A DNA stretch of 64,000 nucleotides. Origin: Candidatus Gottesmanbacteria bacterium. GTDB taxonomy: Bacteria; Patescibacteriota; Microgenomatia; UBA10105; UBA927. The stretch covers positions 915 to 64,914 of the forward strand of contig JAUXTO010000022.1 in NCBI GenBank assembly GCA_030679255.1, given 5' to 3'. The position numbers were made by a program, and so were the translations under genes. Positions 39,871 through 49,884 of this stretch are shown here, piece after piece; within the stretch, counting starts at the first letter, position 1, and each line of letters opens with the position of its first letter. The notes below the pieces were generated by a model. It was not told where the DNA came from and made no database searches. It saw only the letters and a program-made list of their open reading frames with translations.

Positions 39871-40332
39871 TTATCGGATAAAAAGATATGTCTCGAGAAT
39901 AAATATGATCACCAATACCACCAGCACCCACCGCTGCTGGGATATGCTCGGCACGCCCGCCACCATCCCATACCAACTATTCAAGTTACCCGTGAGCTGC
40001 AACTCCCCGATCTGCCAGAGGAGCAGGGAAAGATAGAGGGACAGGACGAGTCCCGCCCCCAGAAAACTTCCGGAAGAGGTTACGACAAAAAAGCTCACAA
40101 CGGCGTAACCTGCCATAAAAAGCACACTACGAAACGGCGAAGGAGTGAGGGCAAAAAACACTTCCGCCCCGTCGAGGAAATACACGCCTAATATTGCCCC
40201 GCCGAAGTAGAGGAACGCCTGCGGAGGCCAGACAATCTTCCATTTGAGGATCCCCACTCCCAACGCATACCCCACGGATACGGCGAGAAACAGGACTGGC
40301 TTCTTTTTAATAATCTCGATCACTTTATCCAT
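39871..40332 (-). CDS. Hypothetical multi-pass membrane protein
   Basis: Hydrophobic helices; start trimmed to the internal Met to avoid overlap with the acylphosphatase gene. Confidence 0.45.
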   Translation of the reverse strand: MDKVIEIIKKKPVLFLAVSVGYALGVGILKWKIVWPPQAFLYFGGAILGVYFLDGAEVFFALTPSPFRSVLFMAGYAVVSFFVVTSSGSFLGAGLVLSLYLSLLLWQIGELQLTGNLNSWYGMVAGVPSISQQRWVLVVLVIIFILETYLFIR

Positions 40333-40369
40333 AGACTTTATGGCTTTTGACTCTTGAATTTCAACTAAC

Positions 40370-40663
40370 TTAGTATACAACTTCAAACCCCATAAATTCA
40401 CCGGTCGCTTTTTCCCACTCGACCTGTATCTTTTCCACAAATGCAACCTCCGGCCCTTTGTGACACGCTCCAATCAAATCTTCAAGATCTTTCTTCTCCC
40501 CTTCCGCCACCACCTCTACCGCCCCATCCTCCCGATTTTTCACCCACCCCGTAATGGACTTTTCCTGTTTATCCCGAGTCTTTCCGAGGGAAGCCTGGTC
40601 GACCCATGCCCGGTACCCCACCCCCTGCACATCACCAGAAATTATCAGATGCACACGTTTCAT
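40370..40663 (-). CDS. acyP: Acylphosphatase
   Basis: VQGVGYRAW ... GWVKNREDGAVE. Confidence 0.8.
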   Translation of the reverse strand: MKRVHLIISGDVQGVGYRAWVDQASLGKTRDKQEKSITGWVKNREDGAVEVVAEGEKKDLEDLIGACHKGPEVAFVEKIQVEWEKATGEFMGFEVVY

Positions 40664-40799
40664 AGTTCTAGTATACATACCCTTACTCCCTCCTAATTTC
40701 TCATAACTTCTCTTAACCTCTCCTATCCCTTCTCTTTCTGTATGCTCTCATAAACAGCCCGTTGCTTTGATGTGGATTGACGATCTACAATTAATTTAC

Positions 40800-41516
40800 A
40801 TGGACGAATCATCTCCGACTATTCCCCCTCTTCCCCCTGATCCTTCTATTCCCTCTCTTCAATTCATCACCCCTCCCGTCCCCCACCGATCTTATCGCAT
40901 CTGGATTCTCGGCGGACTATCAATCCTCTTCCTCGGCATCCTCGTGGGTTTCATAGGCGCCAAGGTTCCCAGTCCATCTACTAAACAATCTGTCGTTCTC
41001 CCGACTTCTATCCTGACCCCGACCCCGTCTCTCGCCCAAGGAGCTGATATTTTCGCAGGGTGGAAAACATTTACAACCAATTGCAATGTTAGTTTCAAAT
41101 ATCCAAACGATTGGAATGCAAAAGAATTTTTCCTTGTAAAAAATGATGGTGATTGCGGCTATCTGACTGCGCCTGGCTATACACAAGGATTAGACACAAG
41201 AAAAGGATTGTATATCGCCGTTTCAAAAATTCTTCTTGGAAACGTCTCCAATAACATTGCCATCAATTCAATAGACGACTACATAAGGTCCATAAAAGCT
41301 ATCTCGGATCCACCAGCGCGCATAACAAATCTAATAAACAAATCATTACAAAATTATCAAGGAAAACAATTTGACATGAGTTTGGCCGAATCTCAAACAA
41401 TATTTGTTTTTGCAAAAGATACGTATCTCTACACAGTAGCTTGGCCAAGCCAATTCTCTGGACGAGAAATGTCCCAAATAGACCAAATCCTCTCCACGTT
41501 TAAATTTAACAAATAG
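40800..41516 (+). CDS. Family C paralog: proline-rich N-terminus, one TM anchor, variable ectodomain, conserved C-terminal motif FDQILSTFKF
   Basis: MDESSPTIPPLPPDPSIP ... WILGGLSILFLGILVGF ... IDQILSTFKFNK. Confidence 0.7.
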   Translation: MDESSPTIPPLPPDPSIPSLQFITPPVPHRSYRIWILGGLSILFLGILVGFIGAKVPSPSTKQSVVLPTSILTPTPSLAQGADIFAGWKTFTTNCNVSFKYPNDWNAKEFFLVKNDGDCGYLTAPGYTQGLDTRKGLYIAVSKILLGNVSNNIAINSIDDYIRSIKAISDPPARITNLINKSLQNYQGKQFDMSLAESQTIFVFAKDTYLYTVAWPSQFSGREMSQIDQILSTFKFNK

Positions 41517-41571
41517 TCTCCCATTCTCTTGCGCGATCCATTGCGCGATTATTGCGTGATATAATAAGGGT

Positions 41572-42618
41572 ATGTTTCTACCAACCTACCGTATTTCCGA
41601 TCAGATTCTTGCATGGCTTTCTGAAATTGCCCAAATCAAAGCTATGGTGGACCATGCCACATTACTCCCTGCTCGCCAAGCGCTACTTCGCCGCGCTACA
41701 ACGATCAAGATGACCCATTCCTCCACCTCCATAGAGGGAAATTCCCTGAAAGAATATCAGGTGCTTCAGATCGCAGACGGCAAGAGGGTGCAGGCTCAAT
41801 CCAAGGATATCCGGGAGGTCCAAAACTATCTCAGCGCGCTTGAACTTATAGATACTCTCTCTCAAAATTCTACGTTCACCCAGGGAGACATCCTCGCGAT
41901 CCACAGTCGCGTGATCACAGGGTTAGTAGACACCGCAAAAACCGGCACGTTGCGCCGTGGACCGGTGTATGTCGTCAATACATTACCGTCAGGAAGGGAA
42001 CAATTAGTCTATACACCGCCTACGTGGCAGAAAGTAGCTGTCCTTTTAGACGATCTCACCGCGTGGTGCAACGAATCTGCCGCAGTCCATCCTATTATTC
42101 GAGCGGGCATCCTTCATTATCAATTTGAATCGATCCATCCCTTCACCGATGGCAACGGTAGGGTGGGGAGACTTCTCACCCTCCTTCATCTCTACCAATC
42201 TGCCTGGAATTTTAAAAAGGTTCTGGTGTTAGAAGATTTTTATAATGAAAATCGGAAAAATTATTACGAGGCTCTCCAAACAGGTACAACATTTGCAAAA
42301 CGAGATGGCGCAGATATCACCCCATGGCTCACCTACTTTATCAAAGGATTTTGGGAGGAAGCACTTCGCGTAAAAGAACAAATACTGAGCTTACAGGTAG
42401 GCGCAGGGGATATTACATCGCGCAGACTCACGACAGACGAACTCAGGATGATCGATTTCCTCGTGACGATGGGAAAAATTACGAGCGCTGATGTGGTAGA
42501 CATACTCCAGGTGCCCAAGCGTACGGCACAAGCGAAACTGAAAAAGTTAGAGCTCTATCGTATCGTTAAAAAAATATCTGCTGGTCCGAGTACTTACTAC
42601 TGCCTTGCGCCCACATAA
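41572..42618 (+). CDS. Fic/DOC-family protein
   Basis: Fic motif HPFTDGNGRVGRLL. Confidence 0.85.
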   Translation: MFLPTYRISDQILAWLSEIAQIKAMVDHATLLPARQALLRRATTIKMTHSSTSIEGNSLKEYQVLQIADGKRVQAQSKDIREVQNYLSALELIDTLSQNSTFTQGDILAIHSRVITGLVDTAKTGTLRRGPVYVVNTLPSGREQLVYTPPTWQKVAVLLDDLTAWCNESAAVHPIIRAGILHYQFESIHPFTDGNGRVGRLLTLLHLYQSAWNFKKVLVLEDFYNENRKNYYEALQTGTTFAKRDGADITPWLTYFIKGFWEEALRVKEQILSLQVGAGDITSRRLTTDELRMIDFLVTMGKITSADVVDILQVPKRTAQAKLKKLELYRIVKKISAGPSTYYCLAPT

Positions 42619-42732
42619 ACGGTACCGCTCCTCATTCTCTCCTCATTTCTCTTGCCTTCCCGTAGTTCTCTCATACTCTCCCGCATTCATCCCGTTGCTT
42701 TGATGAGGGATGACGATCTACAATAAATTTAC

Positions 42733-43503
42733 ATGGACGAATCATCTCCAACTCCTCCCCCTCTTCCCTCTGATCCTTCTATTCCTTTACCTCAAATCGT
42801 CCCCCCTCCACCAACAGTCCCCCATCCATCCAAACTTCTCTGGTTTCTCGCCGGCCTTGCCATCCTCATTCTCGGCATCCTCGTGGGATACGCGGCCACC
42901 AACGTCCTGAGTCAATCAAAAAAGCCATCAGATGACGCAACCACCTCATCACAAAAATCTTCCACCAATTTTTCCCAACTCACCTCTTCCCCTACCCCCT
43001 TACCCGACGGAGCTTCAGCGAAGGAGGGTGCCCCAACACTCGCAACAGGAGCGGATCTGTTTGCACAGTGGATAACATATACCAATGACAAACATAAATT
43101 TTCTTTTACATACCCTCAAGAATTATCTTATTTAAATGATTATTTGGACAAAAACACACAAATATATGGAAATTTATTACTACAAAATTTTGACGGATCA
43201 AAACCGCGCAAGGAATTGACCTCAGATTTTCAAATGGGTATCTGGTTAAACAAGGACGATGGAACACCTCTGGCAAATCACCCGAAACAATGGGAAAAAG
43301 AATTGGGAAAATTACCAATTGAATACATAACCGTGGGCGGAATCAATGCGATCAAAGGGTTTAGTGAACAAAAATATCAAGCGGTCCCAACTGTTTGGTT
43401 TTCAAAAAATGATGATTCCTACATGATACAACTCTCCCATCCCAACTCAACAAACAAAATATGGTTTGACCAAATCCTCTCCACATTTAAATTCACAGAG
43501 TAG
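42733..43503 (+). CDS. Family C paralog (membrane-anchored variable surface protein)
   Basis: Same N-terminal PPLPSDPSIP...TM and C-terminal FDQILSTFKFTE; 5' flank almost identical to the 40800 gene. Confidence 0.7.
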   Translation: MDESSPTPPPLPSDPSIPLPQIVPPPPTVPHPSKLLWFLAGLAILILGILVGYAATNVLSQSKKPSDDATTSSQKSSTNFSQLTSSPTPLPDGASAKEGAPTLATGADLFAQWITYTNDKHKFSFTYPQELSYLNDYLDKNTQIYGNLLLQNFDGSKPRKELTSDFQMGIWLNKDDGTPLANHPKQWEKELGKLPIEYITVGGINAIKGFSEQKYQAVPTVWFSKNDDSYMIQLSHPNSTNKIWFDQILSTFKFTE

Positions 43504-43622
43504 ACCAACTCTGCGCGATACATTGCGCGATTATTGCGTAGTAATGTTTGTAACCGTTTAAGAGTTACCACAAGGTTGCATCAGTTGAATGACGAAGGAG
43601 ACTAACGTACAATACGCTCACC

Positions 43623-43907
43623 ATGGATACGAAAGCACTCAACTATCGCGTCATCATCGAGCCAGACGTGTATTCCGGGTCAGGAAAACCGTGCTATTTA
43701 GCGTACGCACCGGCCCTTGACGTGGCGGACAATGGGGATAGCATCGAAAAGGCAATCACAAACATCACTGAGGCAATCCGTTGCCGGATAGATGCTCTCA
43801 TAGCTGATGGAGAGCCGGTTCCTTCACCGGAGAATCCTAGCGACACCGTGGTTGTGACCACAGCAAAAGTTTTGGTTCCCAAAGATTATCCTTTTGCATT
43901 TGCATGA
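43623..43907 (+). CDS. hicB: HicB-family antitoxin
   Basis: 94 aa; UPF0150/HicB-like. Confidence 0.7.
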   Translation: MDTKALNYRVIIEPDVYSGSGKPCYLAYAPALDVADNGDSIEKAITNITEAIRCRIDALIADGEPVPSPENPSDTVVVTTAKVLVPKDYPFAFA

Positions 43908-44128
43908 GTAAATTAGGCAACGTTCGCCCCCGCGATGTTATCCGTGCGTTTAAGAAGCATGGATTTATAGAGGTCAAAACCGTCGGAAGCCACGTAGACC
44001 TTCGCCATCCGGCCGGATACCGTACTACTGTCCCGTTTCACGCCAAAACACTCGGAAAAGGACTTCTTGCCAAGATTCTCAAGCAATCCCACCTTACTAT
44101 CGATCAATTACGAAATCTCATAAAATAA
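43904..44128 (+). CDS. hicA: HicA-family mRNA interferase toxin
   Basis: 74 aa; GSHVDLRHP motif; 4-nt overlap with hicB. Confidence 0.7.
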   Translation: MSKLGNVRPRDVIRAFKKHGFIEVKTVGSHVDLRHPAGYRTTVPFHAKTLGKGLLAKILKQSHLTIDQLRNLIK

Positions 44129-44209
44129 ACTAACATACAACAGCGCGCGACTCTTGCGTGGTATTTATTTTGTTGATTGATGAAGTTCAAGAGTTTACTA
44201 TAAATCTAC

Positions 44210-45112
44210 ATGGACTCCTCCACTGTCACTCCTCCCCCTCTTCCCTCTGATCCTTCTATCTCTTTGCCTCAAATCGTCCCTCCTCCACTACCCGTCCCCC
44301 ATCCATCCAAACTCAAATGGCTTCTCGGAGGACTATCAATCCTCATCCTCGGCATCCTCGCGGGATACGCGGCCACCAACGTCCTGAGTCAATCAAAAAA
44401 GCAAGTCGCCACCCCACCAAAAAACTCTCCTTCCACATTCTCCACCCTCTCCTCTCCTACTCCCTTGCCCGCCGGCTTGTCCGCCGAAGCCTTGGCGAAG
44501 GTGGAGGCTTCAGCGAAGGGAGATGATCCAACTTCGAATTGGAAAAGGTATCTGGTAAAAACAGTAAATCTTGAATTCAAATTACCACCAACGTTTAATT
44601 CCTACGGAGACCTAATGGAAAAAATTGAACCCGGGGAAAAAGGTACGCTACTGTGTATAACATTTCCAACGAGCTCGTCGTATCATTTTATTAACCCTAT
44701 TTTTGCCGGAGGAACAGGATGCCAAATACATAAATTCGGTCTCGGCACCATATCCGTAGACTACGAAGCGGGCAGAGGTGGAAGTTTTACTGACGTACTC
44801 GGTTATGTCATAAAAAACGGAAAATACTATGGACGTCAAGTAGGCAACAGTGTGTTCGAACTTCCTCCATTATTGACCACCCCGATGAATAATTCTAACG
44901 GTATGCAAATACTAAAAATCATAGGTAAAAACGAAACATCCGGAGAATGGCGGGGCCCCGTCGGAGGCACGCCCGGAGATGGAAAAATTGGAGCTATCCT
45001 CAATACGAAAAACCCTCTCTACCCCGGCATCGCGATAGAAATGGAATTAAATAGTACTCTTACTGAGGGCCTTTTTGACCAAATCCTCTCCACGTTTCAA
45101 TTCACACAGTAG
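44210..45112 (+). CDS. Family C paralog
   Basis: MDSSTVTPPPLPSDPSISLPQIVPPP...TM...FDQILSTFQFTQ. Confidence 0.7.
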   Translation: MDSSTVTPPPLPSDPSISLPQIVPPPLPVPHPSKLKWLLGGLSILILGILAGYAATNVLSQSKKQVATPPKNSPSTFSTLSSPTPLPAGLSAEALAKVEASAKGDDPTSNWKRYLVKTVNLEFKLPPTFNSYGDLMEKIEPGEKGTLLCITFPTSSSYHFINPIFAGGTGCQIHKFGLGTISVDYEAGRGGSFTDVLGYVIKNGKYYGRQVGNSVFELPPLLTTPMNNSNGMQILKIIGKNETSGEWRGPVGGTPGDGKIGAILNTKNPLYPGIAIEMELNSTLTEGLFDQILSTFQFTQ

Positions 45113-45266
45113 ACTCCCGAGCTCTCCTACTTCCTCCTACTCTCTCCTATCCACTCCTAATTACCCTTATCCTCCCGTACATTCCCATACTCCCGCAGTA
45201 CCCCCTCGCGGCCCACATCGTGCGTAGGATTGATTACTTCCCATCAACCATTTACTATGTCTCTAC

Positions 45267-45995
45267 ATGGACACCATTCCCATTTCTCCTCCCCCTCTTC
45301 CCTCTGATCCTTCTATTCCTTCACCTCAAATCGTCCCCCCTCCACCAACAGTCCACCATCCCTCCAAACTTCTCTGGTTTCTCGCCGGTCTTACGATTCT
45401 CATCCTCGGCATCCTCGCGGGATACTTTGCCACCAACGTCCTGAGTCAATCAAAAAAGCCATCAGATGACGCAACCACCCCATCACAAAAATCTTCCACC
45501 AATTTTTCCCAACTCGCCGTTTCCCCGACCTCAACAATTGACCCCACGGCAAATTGGAAAACATATACAAATCCTAATTATCCCTTCAGTTTTAAATATC
45601 CATCAAATTACACAGTGGAAGAAAATTCAGGATATATAAGTATCCTCAGTCCTCTACTTCCAGTGACTGATAAGGGGTACGAATTAAAAAATGGTGAACT
45701 AAAGATAGAAATTTATATACAGTCATCACCAGTAAATGATTCGCTGAAAAAATATGTATTAGAAAAGAAGACTCAAACAAAGGAAAACTTACCGGAATCA
45801 AAAATAATTAACGAAACCGAAGTTACAATCGATGGTATAAAAACTATTTTATTAAAATGGGAAGCCGTGGGAACAGGAGAAACAAGATATGTAATCAAGA
45901 ACGGATATAGAATTGGAATTACCAAATATCCTCTTGAAACTTCAAGACAATCAGAATTTGACCAAATCCTCTCCACGTTTACATTCACCGACTAA
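45267..45995 (+). CDS. Family C paralog
   Basis: First ~250 nt ~90% identical to the 42733 gene; ends EFDQILSTFTFTD. Confidence 0.7.
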   Translation: MDTIPISPPPLPSDPSIPSPQIVPPPPTVHHPSKLLWFLAGLTILILGILAGYFATNVLSQSKKPSDDATTPSQKSSTNFSQLAVSPTSTIDPTANWKTYTNPNYPFSFKYPSNYTVEENSGYISILSPLLPVTDKGYELKNGELKIEIYIQSSPVNDSLKKYVLEKKTQTKENLPESKIINETEVTIDGIKTILLKWEAVGTGETRYVIKNGYRIGITKYPLETSRQSEFDQILSTFTFTD

Positions 45996-46000
45996 CGACG

Positions 46001-46753
46001 TTACCGTAACACATAGTCGAGTTGATCGATAATCACTGTTCTAAAATCCTGCAAAAATTGGCTCAAAAATTCTTTGGTCTCGACCAGTGGATAGAGATCA
46101 TCATAAACAAATTGTGGATCTACCAATTCTACTTTGGCTTTCACCAAGTCCCGTATTTCCGGGAGAGACTTTTTTTGCAACAGCGCCGTCAACCGTTTGA
46201 CATTGGGTTTGAGGGTATAGCCGGTCTTAGCCGAAAGTTGGAGGAGCCAGTACATATCGTAGATATCCCGCCCCTTAAATGGGATTGTTTGAAATTTTCC
46301 TTTAAAAAAGTTCCTGCTCAGAAACGCTACAATTTTATTGGCAAAAAGCGTGGGCAGATCATACGCAGTAACAAAAAATTGACGATTGCCGGCAGTGATC
46401 AAATTTTTTTGGACGTGATATTCTGTTGTTGTAACCTTGGAAAAATCACACCGTACGAAAATATTGTCAGGAAATTTTACAAACACCGTCGCGTTATTGC
46501 CGGATATCTTGGTACCTGTGGATAAACATTTTCCCAAATTATTGGCAAACATCGTGATATCTACGGAGATACCCATAGGGATATCAAAATCCAAATCTTC
46601 AGACAAGCGGTTTAACCCATACGCTTTTCGCAGACAGGTTCCCCCGGTAAAAATGAGTTTATTGTAAACGCTATCATGGTAAACAAAGCTGAGTATTTCA
46701 TCTTGCCACCGTTCTTTTACCAAATTTCTCTGATAGGTATTAGTGTCGCTCAT
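46001..46753 (-). CDS. AbiEii-like nucleotidyltransferase toxin
   Basis: IFTGGTCLRKAYGLNRLSEDLDFD. Confidence 0.75.
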   Translation of the reverse strand: MSDTNTYQRNLVKERWQDEILSFVYHDSVYNKLIFTGGTCLRKAYGLNRLSEDLDFDIPMGISVDITMFANNLGKCLSTGTKISGNNATVFVKFPDNIFVRCDFSKVTTTEYHVQKNLITAGNRQFFVTAYDLPTLFANKIVAFLSRNFFKGKFQTIPFKGRDIYDMYWLLQLSAKTGYTLKPNVKRLTALLQKKSLPEIRDLVKAKVELVDPQFVYDDLYPLVETKEFLSQFLQDFRTVIIDQLDYVLR

Positions 46754-47378
46754 AGAGGTATTGTAGTACGTTTCGCATCTTTTTTGACCTTGATTTTGTC
46801 ACGATCTCTTTAAATTCTTGCATATCTTTGGGTGTAAATACTCCCCAATTGAACCGTGAGTCAAATAAAAATTCCCGTGCAACCCTGCCAGATTCAAGCG
46901 GAGTAAGATAGATCAGATCAAACAGCGCTTTGGCCGGACTGGCCATTTGATATGTCAGCGTTCCAAAGAATTTTTTGGTATATCCCCAAAACAACCCGGA
47001 CTTAATATTCCGGTATCGGAAGCTCATGAGTGGACTTTGAAACTTCCTGGTTTTTTTGGTCGTAATATACGTGATGGTATAGACACTTTCGGCCAATATT
47101 CCGTAAAGCGCCAACGCATACTCCAAAGAGATATAGCTGTCCCGCACCATCTCGCCACCGATATATCTCGCCATTTCTTCCGGCTCGGATGTTTTTTGGT
47201 ACAGCGTTTTGTTGAGGTATATTCCGGGCTTGATTGTGTCGAGCATTCCCATCCGTCTGAGCGACGTGATCCGATAGTCTGTCGTGCGTCTATTGTCCCC
47301 CAATAGGAGCTCCAGATTCTTCCTGGTAAAAAACGGAGCTGTGCTTTCTGAGATCAATTTCTTATAATCTGTTTCCAT
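46740..47378 (-). CDS. AbiEi-like antitoxin
   Basis: ~212 aa; overlaps the AbiEii start. Confidence 0.6.
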   Translation of the reverse strand: METDYKKLISESTAPFFTRKNLELLLGDNRRTTDYRITSLRRMGMLDTIKPGIYLNKTLYQKTSEPEEMARYIGGEMVRDSYISLEYALALYGILAESVYTITYITTKKTRKFQSPLMSFRYRNIKSGLFWGYTKKFFGTLTYQMASPAKALFDLIYLTPLESGRVAREFLFDSRFNWGVFTPKDMQEFKEIVTKSRSKKMRNVLQYLYERH

Positions 47379-47486
47379 ATGCACATAATTATATGTGCAA
47401 CAAGAAATAAAGTCAAGTGGTGGTTATTACATACGTTCGTATCTTCCTCTTGATCGATAAAATAGAAAGACTTATCATAATTCTAC

Positions 47487-48839
47487 ATGGACGAATCATC
47501 TCCAACTCCTCCCCCTCTTCCCCCCTCGCCCGCCGCCTTGTCCGCCGAAGCCTTAGCGAAGGTGGAAGCCTTAGCGAAGGAGGGTGATCCTTCTATCTCT
47601 TTGCCTCAAATCGTCCCTCCTCCACTACCCGTCCCCCATCCATCCAAACTCAAATGGCTTCTCGGCGGTCTCACGATCCTCATCCTCGGCATTCTCATGG
47701 GATACGCGGCCACCAACGTCCTTAATCAATCAAAGAAACCCCCAAATGACGCAGCCACTCCATCCCAAAAATCTTCCACCAATTTTTCCCAACTCACCTC
47801 TTCCCCTACCTCTACTATTGAATTCAACCAAGAGCTAAAAACATATAAAAACCCACGCGGGCTCAATTTTTCCTACCCAAATGGCTGGCAAATTTTGGAT
47901 CGGACGCTTAACCCGGGAGAAAACCTAAAAGAAAAGGGCAGGTATGATATTTCAGCTGATAAGGATCCAGTAGAGATTGTCGACGTGGTAAAAAATGATT
48001 GGACACTCCGCGTTACAATAAAAGACGCGTATAGTCCACTTGGAGGTTTCGGGCCAATTCAAGATCTTCACGAATATAAAGTTTTTCCCATCCTCGGTAG
48101 AAATGCTCTCAGAACTAAAATTGAAGATGGATATATGCCTGCCATATCTGATCATCCAGAACCCTATCCCTTTCCAATTTTGTTCCAAAGGCATCCTGGG
48201 GAAACCGACCCTGTTTATTGGCGTACTCCGGATACAGAGGGAAATTTTGTTCCATTGTTTTCTACAAATGATCCAAGGGACAAAATTAATATAGATGCAG
48301 TTATCTATTCAAAATTCCTTACAAAAAATAATATCAATAACCGCAAGATTGAGCCATCTATAATTCAAGAAATAGACCAAATCCTCTCCACGTTTCAATT
48401 TCTCGATGCTCCAAGTCCCACCACCACGACGCGCATACAAGCCACGCCAATCGAGTCAAACGGCGTGGATCTCAAAGGCATCCGCTACACCCTCCCTACG
48501 GGTTGGGGAGCGACGCTTAACGCCGACAATCTCCATCTCGCGCCTAAATCCGGAGGTGGATACTTATATATTGAAGTATTCAATTACCCCGGTACCACGG
48601 GGCGGAGAGACTACTACTGCCAGCTGCGTAAATACTGTATCCCCGAGACTGAATTTACAGAAACAACCATTGGAAATATATCAGGATACCGAGCAACGAG
48701 GCTTGATAATAGCGGCGGCGGAGAGGAATATTTTGGGGCCAAAGGCAACAAATTCTATATCATCGGTACATACTCTCCCCCCTCTCCCAACGACTTTGAC
48801 AATAATTACAAATCCGTCTTGAGTTCGCTCATCTTCTGA
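47487..48839 (+). CDS. Family C paralog with an extra C-terminal domain after an internal IDQILSTFQF motif
   Basis: 5' ~170 nt near-identical to the 44210 gene; the conserved C-terminal motif sits mid-protein (~residue 300), followed by ~140 aa more. Confidence 0.7.
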   Translation: MDESSPTPPPLPPSPAALSAEALAKVEALAKEGDPSISLPQIVPPPLPVPHPSKLKWLLGGLTILILGILMGYAATNVLNQSKKPPNDAATPSQKSSTNFSQLTSSPTSTIEFNQELKTYKNPRGLNFSYPNGWQILDRTLNPGENLKEKGRYDISADKDPVEIVDVVKNDWTLRVTIKDAYSPLGGFGPIQDLHEYKVFPILGRNALRTKIEDGYMPAISDHPEPYPFPILFQRHPGETDPVYWRTPDTEGNFVPLFSTNDPRDKINIDAVIYSKFLTKNNINNRKIEPSIIQEIDQILSTFQFLDAPSPTTTTRIQATPIESNGVDLKGIRYTLPTGWGATLNADNLHLAPKSGGGYLYIEVFNYPGTTGRRDYYCQLRKYCIPETEFTETTIGNISGYRATRLDNSGGGEEYFGAKGNKFYIIGTYSPPSPNDFDNNYKSVLSSLIF

Positions 48840-48968
48840 CATCTTCCATCGTACGTCTTGAGTCCTACGTCTTATGTCCTTCTCAATCCGTCCTCTCCTC
48901 CCTCATTTTTTAATTGGATTTTACATTCATTTGTAGATTTGTAGATTCGTAGATTTCCTCATTTGTTT

Positions 48969-49229
48969 TTACTCCTCCCCCTTCCGGAGCTTCCCCATCT
49001 TCCACATAAAGAGTTTGGGCTTGCTGGTGGCATTAGCATCCTTGACGAATGAGTATGCTTTTTCGAGGATCGCCCGCGGCACGGTTTTGGCGAGGCGTAT
49101 GTAGAGCGATTTATGTTTGTAATCCCCGAGATTTTCTGCAAGGAATATCCCATATGACTGAAACTCCCGCGAGATATATTTGTCTTCGATGGGATTAAAC
49201 TTCTTGAGGATATCGCTTATGGTCTGCAT
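48969..49229 (-). CDS. Hypothetical protein (86 aa)
   Basis: ORF with an upstream TAGGAGA-type leader. Confidence 0.45.
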   Translation of the reverse strand: MQTISDILKKFNPIEDKYISREFQSYGIFLAENLGDYKHKSLYIRLAKTVPRAILEKAYSFVKDANATSKPKLFMWKMGKLRKGEE

Positions 49230-49288
49230 AGCAGTGTTTTCTCTTATCCTCTCCTATTTTCTCCTAATTTCTCCTAACGCGTGATGAA

Positions 49289-49879
49289 TCAATTAAACCG
49301 ATTCATCGCTTTATCAATCCCATCGATTAGTCCGATCCGAACCGCTTCTGTTCCGTGTTTTACGAGGTGCTTGAGGCTTCCTGCTTCGTCACGACGAAAC
49401 CGGGACAGCACAAACTGGATGACGGACCGATGATGAAGATTTTTATCCCGCGCATCGGGAGATCCTGCTTTCCCCCGCCCGATCCCCATACGGAAACGGA
49501 TAAACGCATCAGTCTTGATTGCCAACGCAATGGACTCTATCCCATGATGCCCACCGGTCCCGCCTTTTTCGCGTATGCGGATTTTTCCCAAAGGAAGATC
49601 GATGTCATCGTGGATGACCCAGAGGTCTGCGGGGGCGAGTTTATAAAAACGAATAAGCGCCCCCACGGCAAGTCCGCTGTTATTCATGAAGGTGAGTGGC
49701 TTGGCAAGGATCACGTCGCCCACGCGGGCTACCATTGCCTTGCGGGCACTGTCTTCTTTCCAGGAAGCATCGATGCCTCCCAACTCATGGGCGAGCTTGT
49801 CCACGATCATAAACCCGATATTATGCCGGGTGCTTTCATATTCTCGCCCAGGATTACCAAGACCAACAATCAATTTCAT
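49289..49879 (-). CDS. pth: Peptidyl-tRNA hydrolase
   Basis: MKLIVGLGNPGREYESTRHNIGFM. The start is taken at this internal Met; the longer upstream extension is unlikely. Confidence 0.85.
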   Translation of the reverse strand: MKLIVGLGNPGREYESTRHNIGFMIVDKLAHELGGIDASWKEDSARKAMVARVGDVILAKPLTFMNNSGLAVGALIRFYKLAPADLWVIHDDIDLPLGKIRIREKGGTGGHHGIESIALAIKTDAFIRFRMGIGRGKAGSPDARDKNLHHRSVIQFVLSRFRRDEAGSLKHLVKHGTEAVRIGLIDGIDKAMNRFN

Positions 49880-49884
49880 TCCGA

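Noticed and set aside
42710-47838. Alternate-frame ORFs 42710..42910, 45220..45444 and 47584..47838 overlapping the 5' ends of family C genes
   Set aside because: They are frame artefacts of the conserved proline-rich, pyrimidine-rich segment. The main frame gives the conserved MDESSPTPPPLP... N-termini and continues into long ORFs.
40750-48840. A diversity-generating retroelement (DGR) as the cause of family C variability
   Set aside because: There is no reverse transcriptase or template repeat in the window. Variability is in the central region with conserved C-termini, opposite to the usual DGR target pattern.
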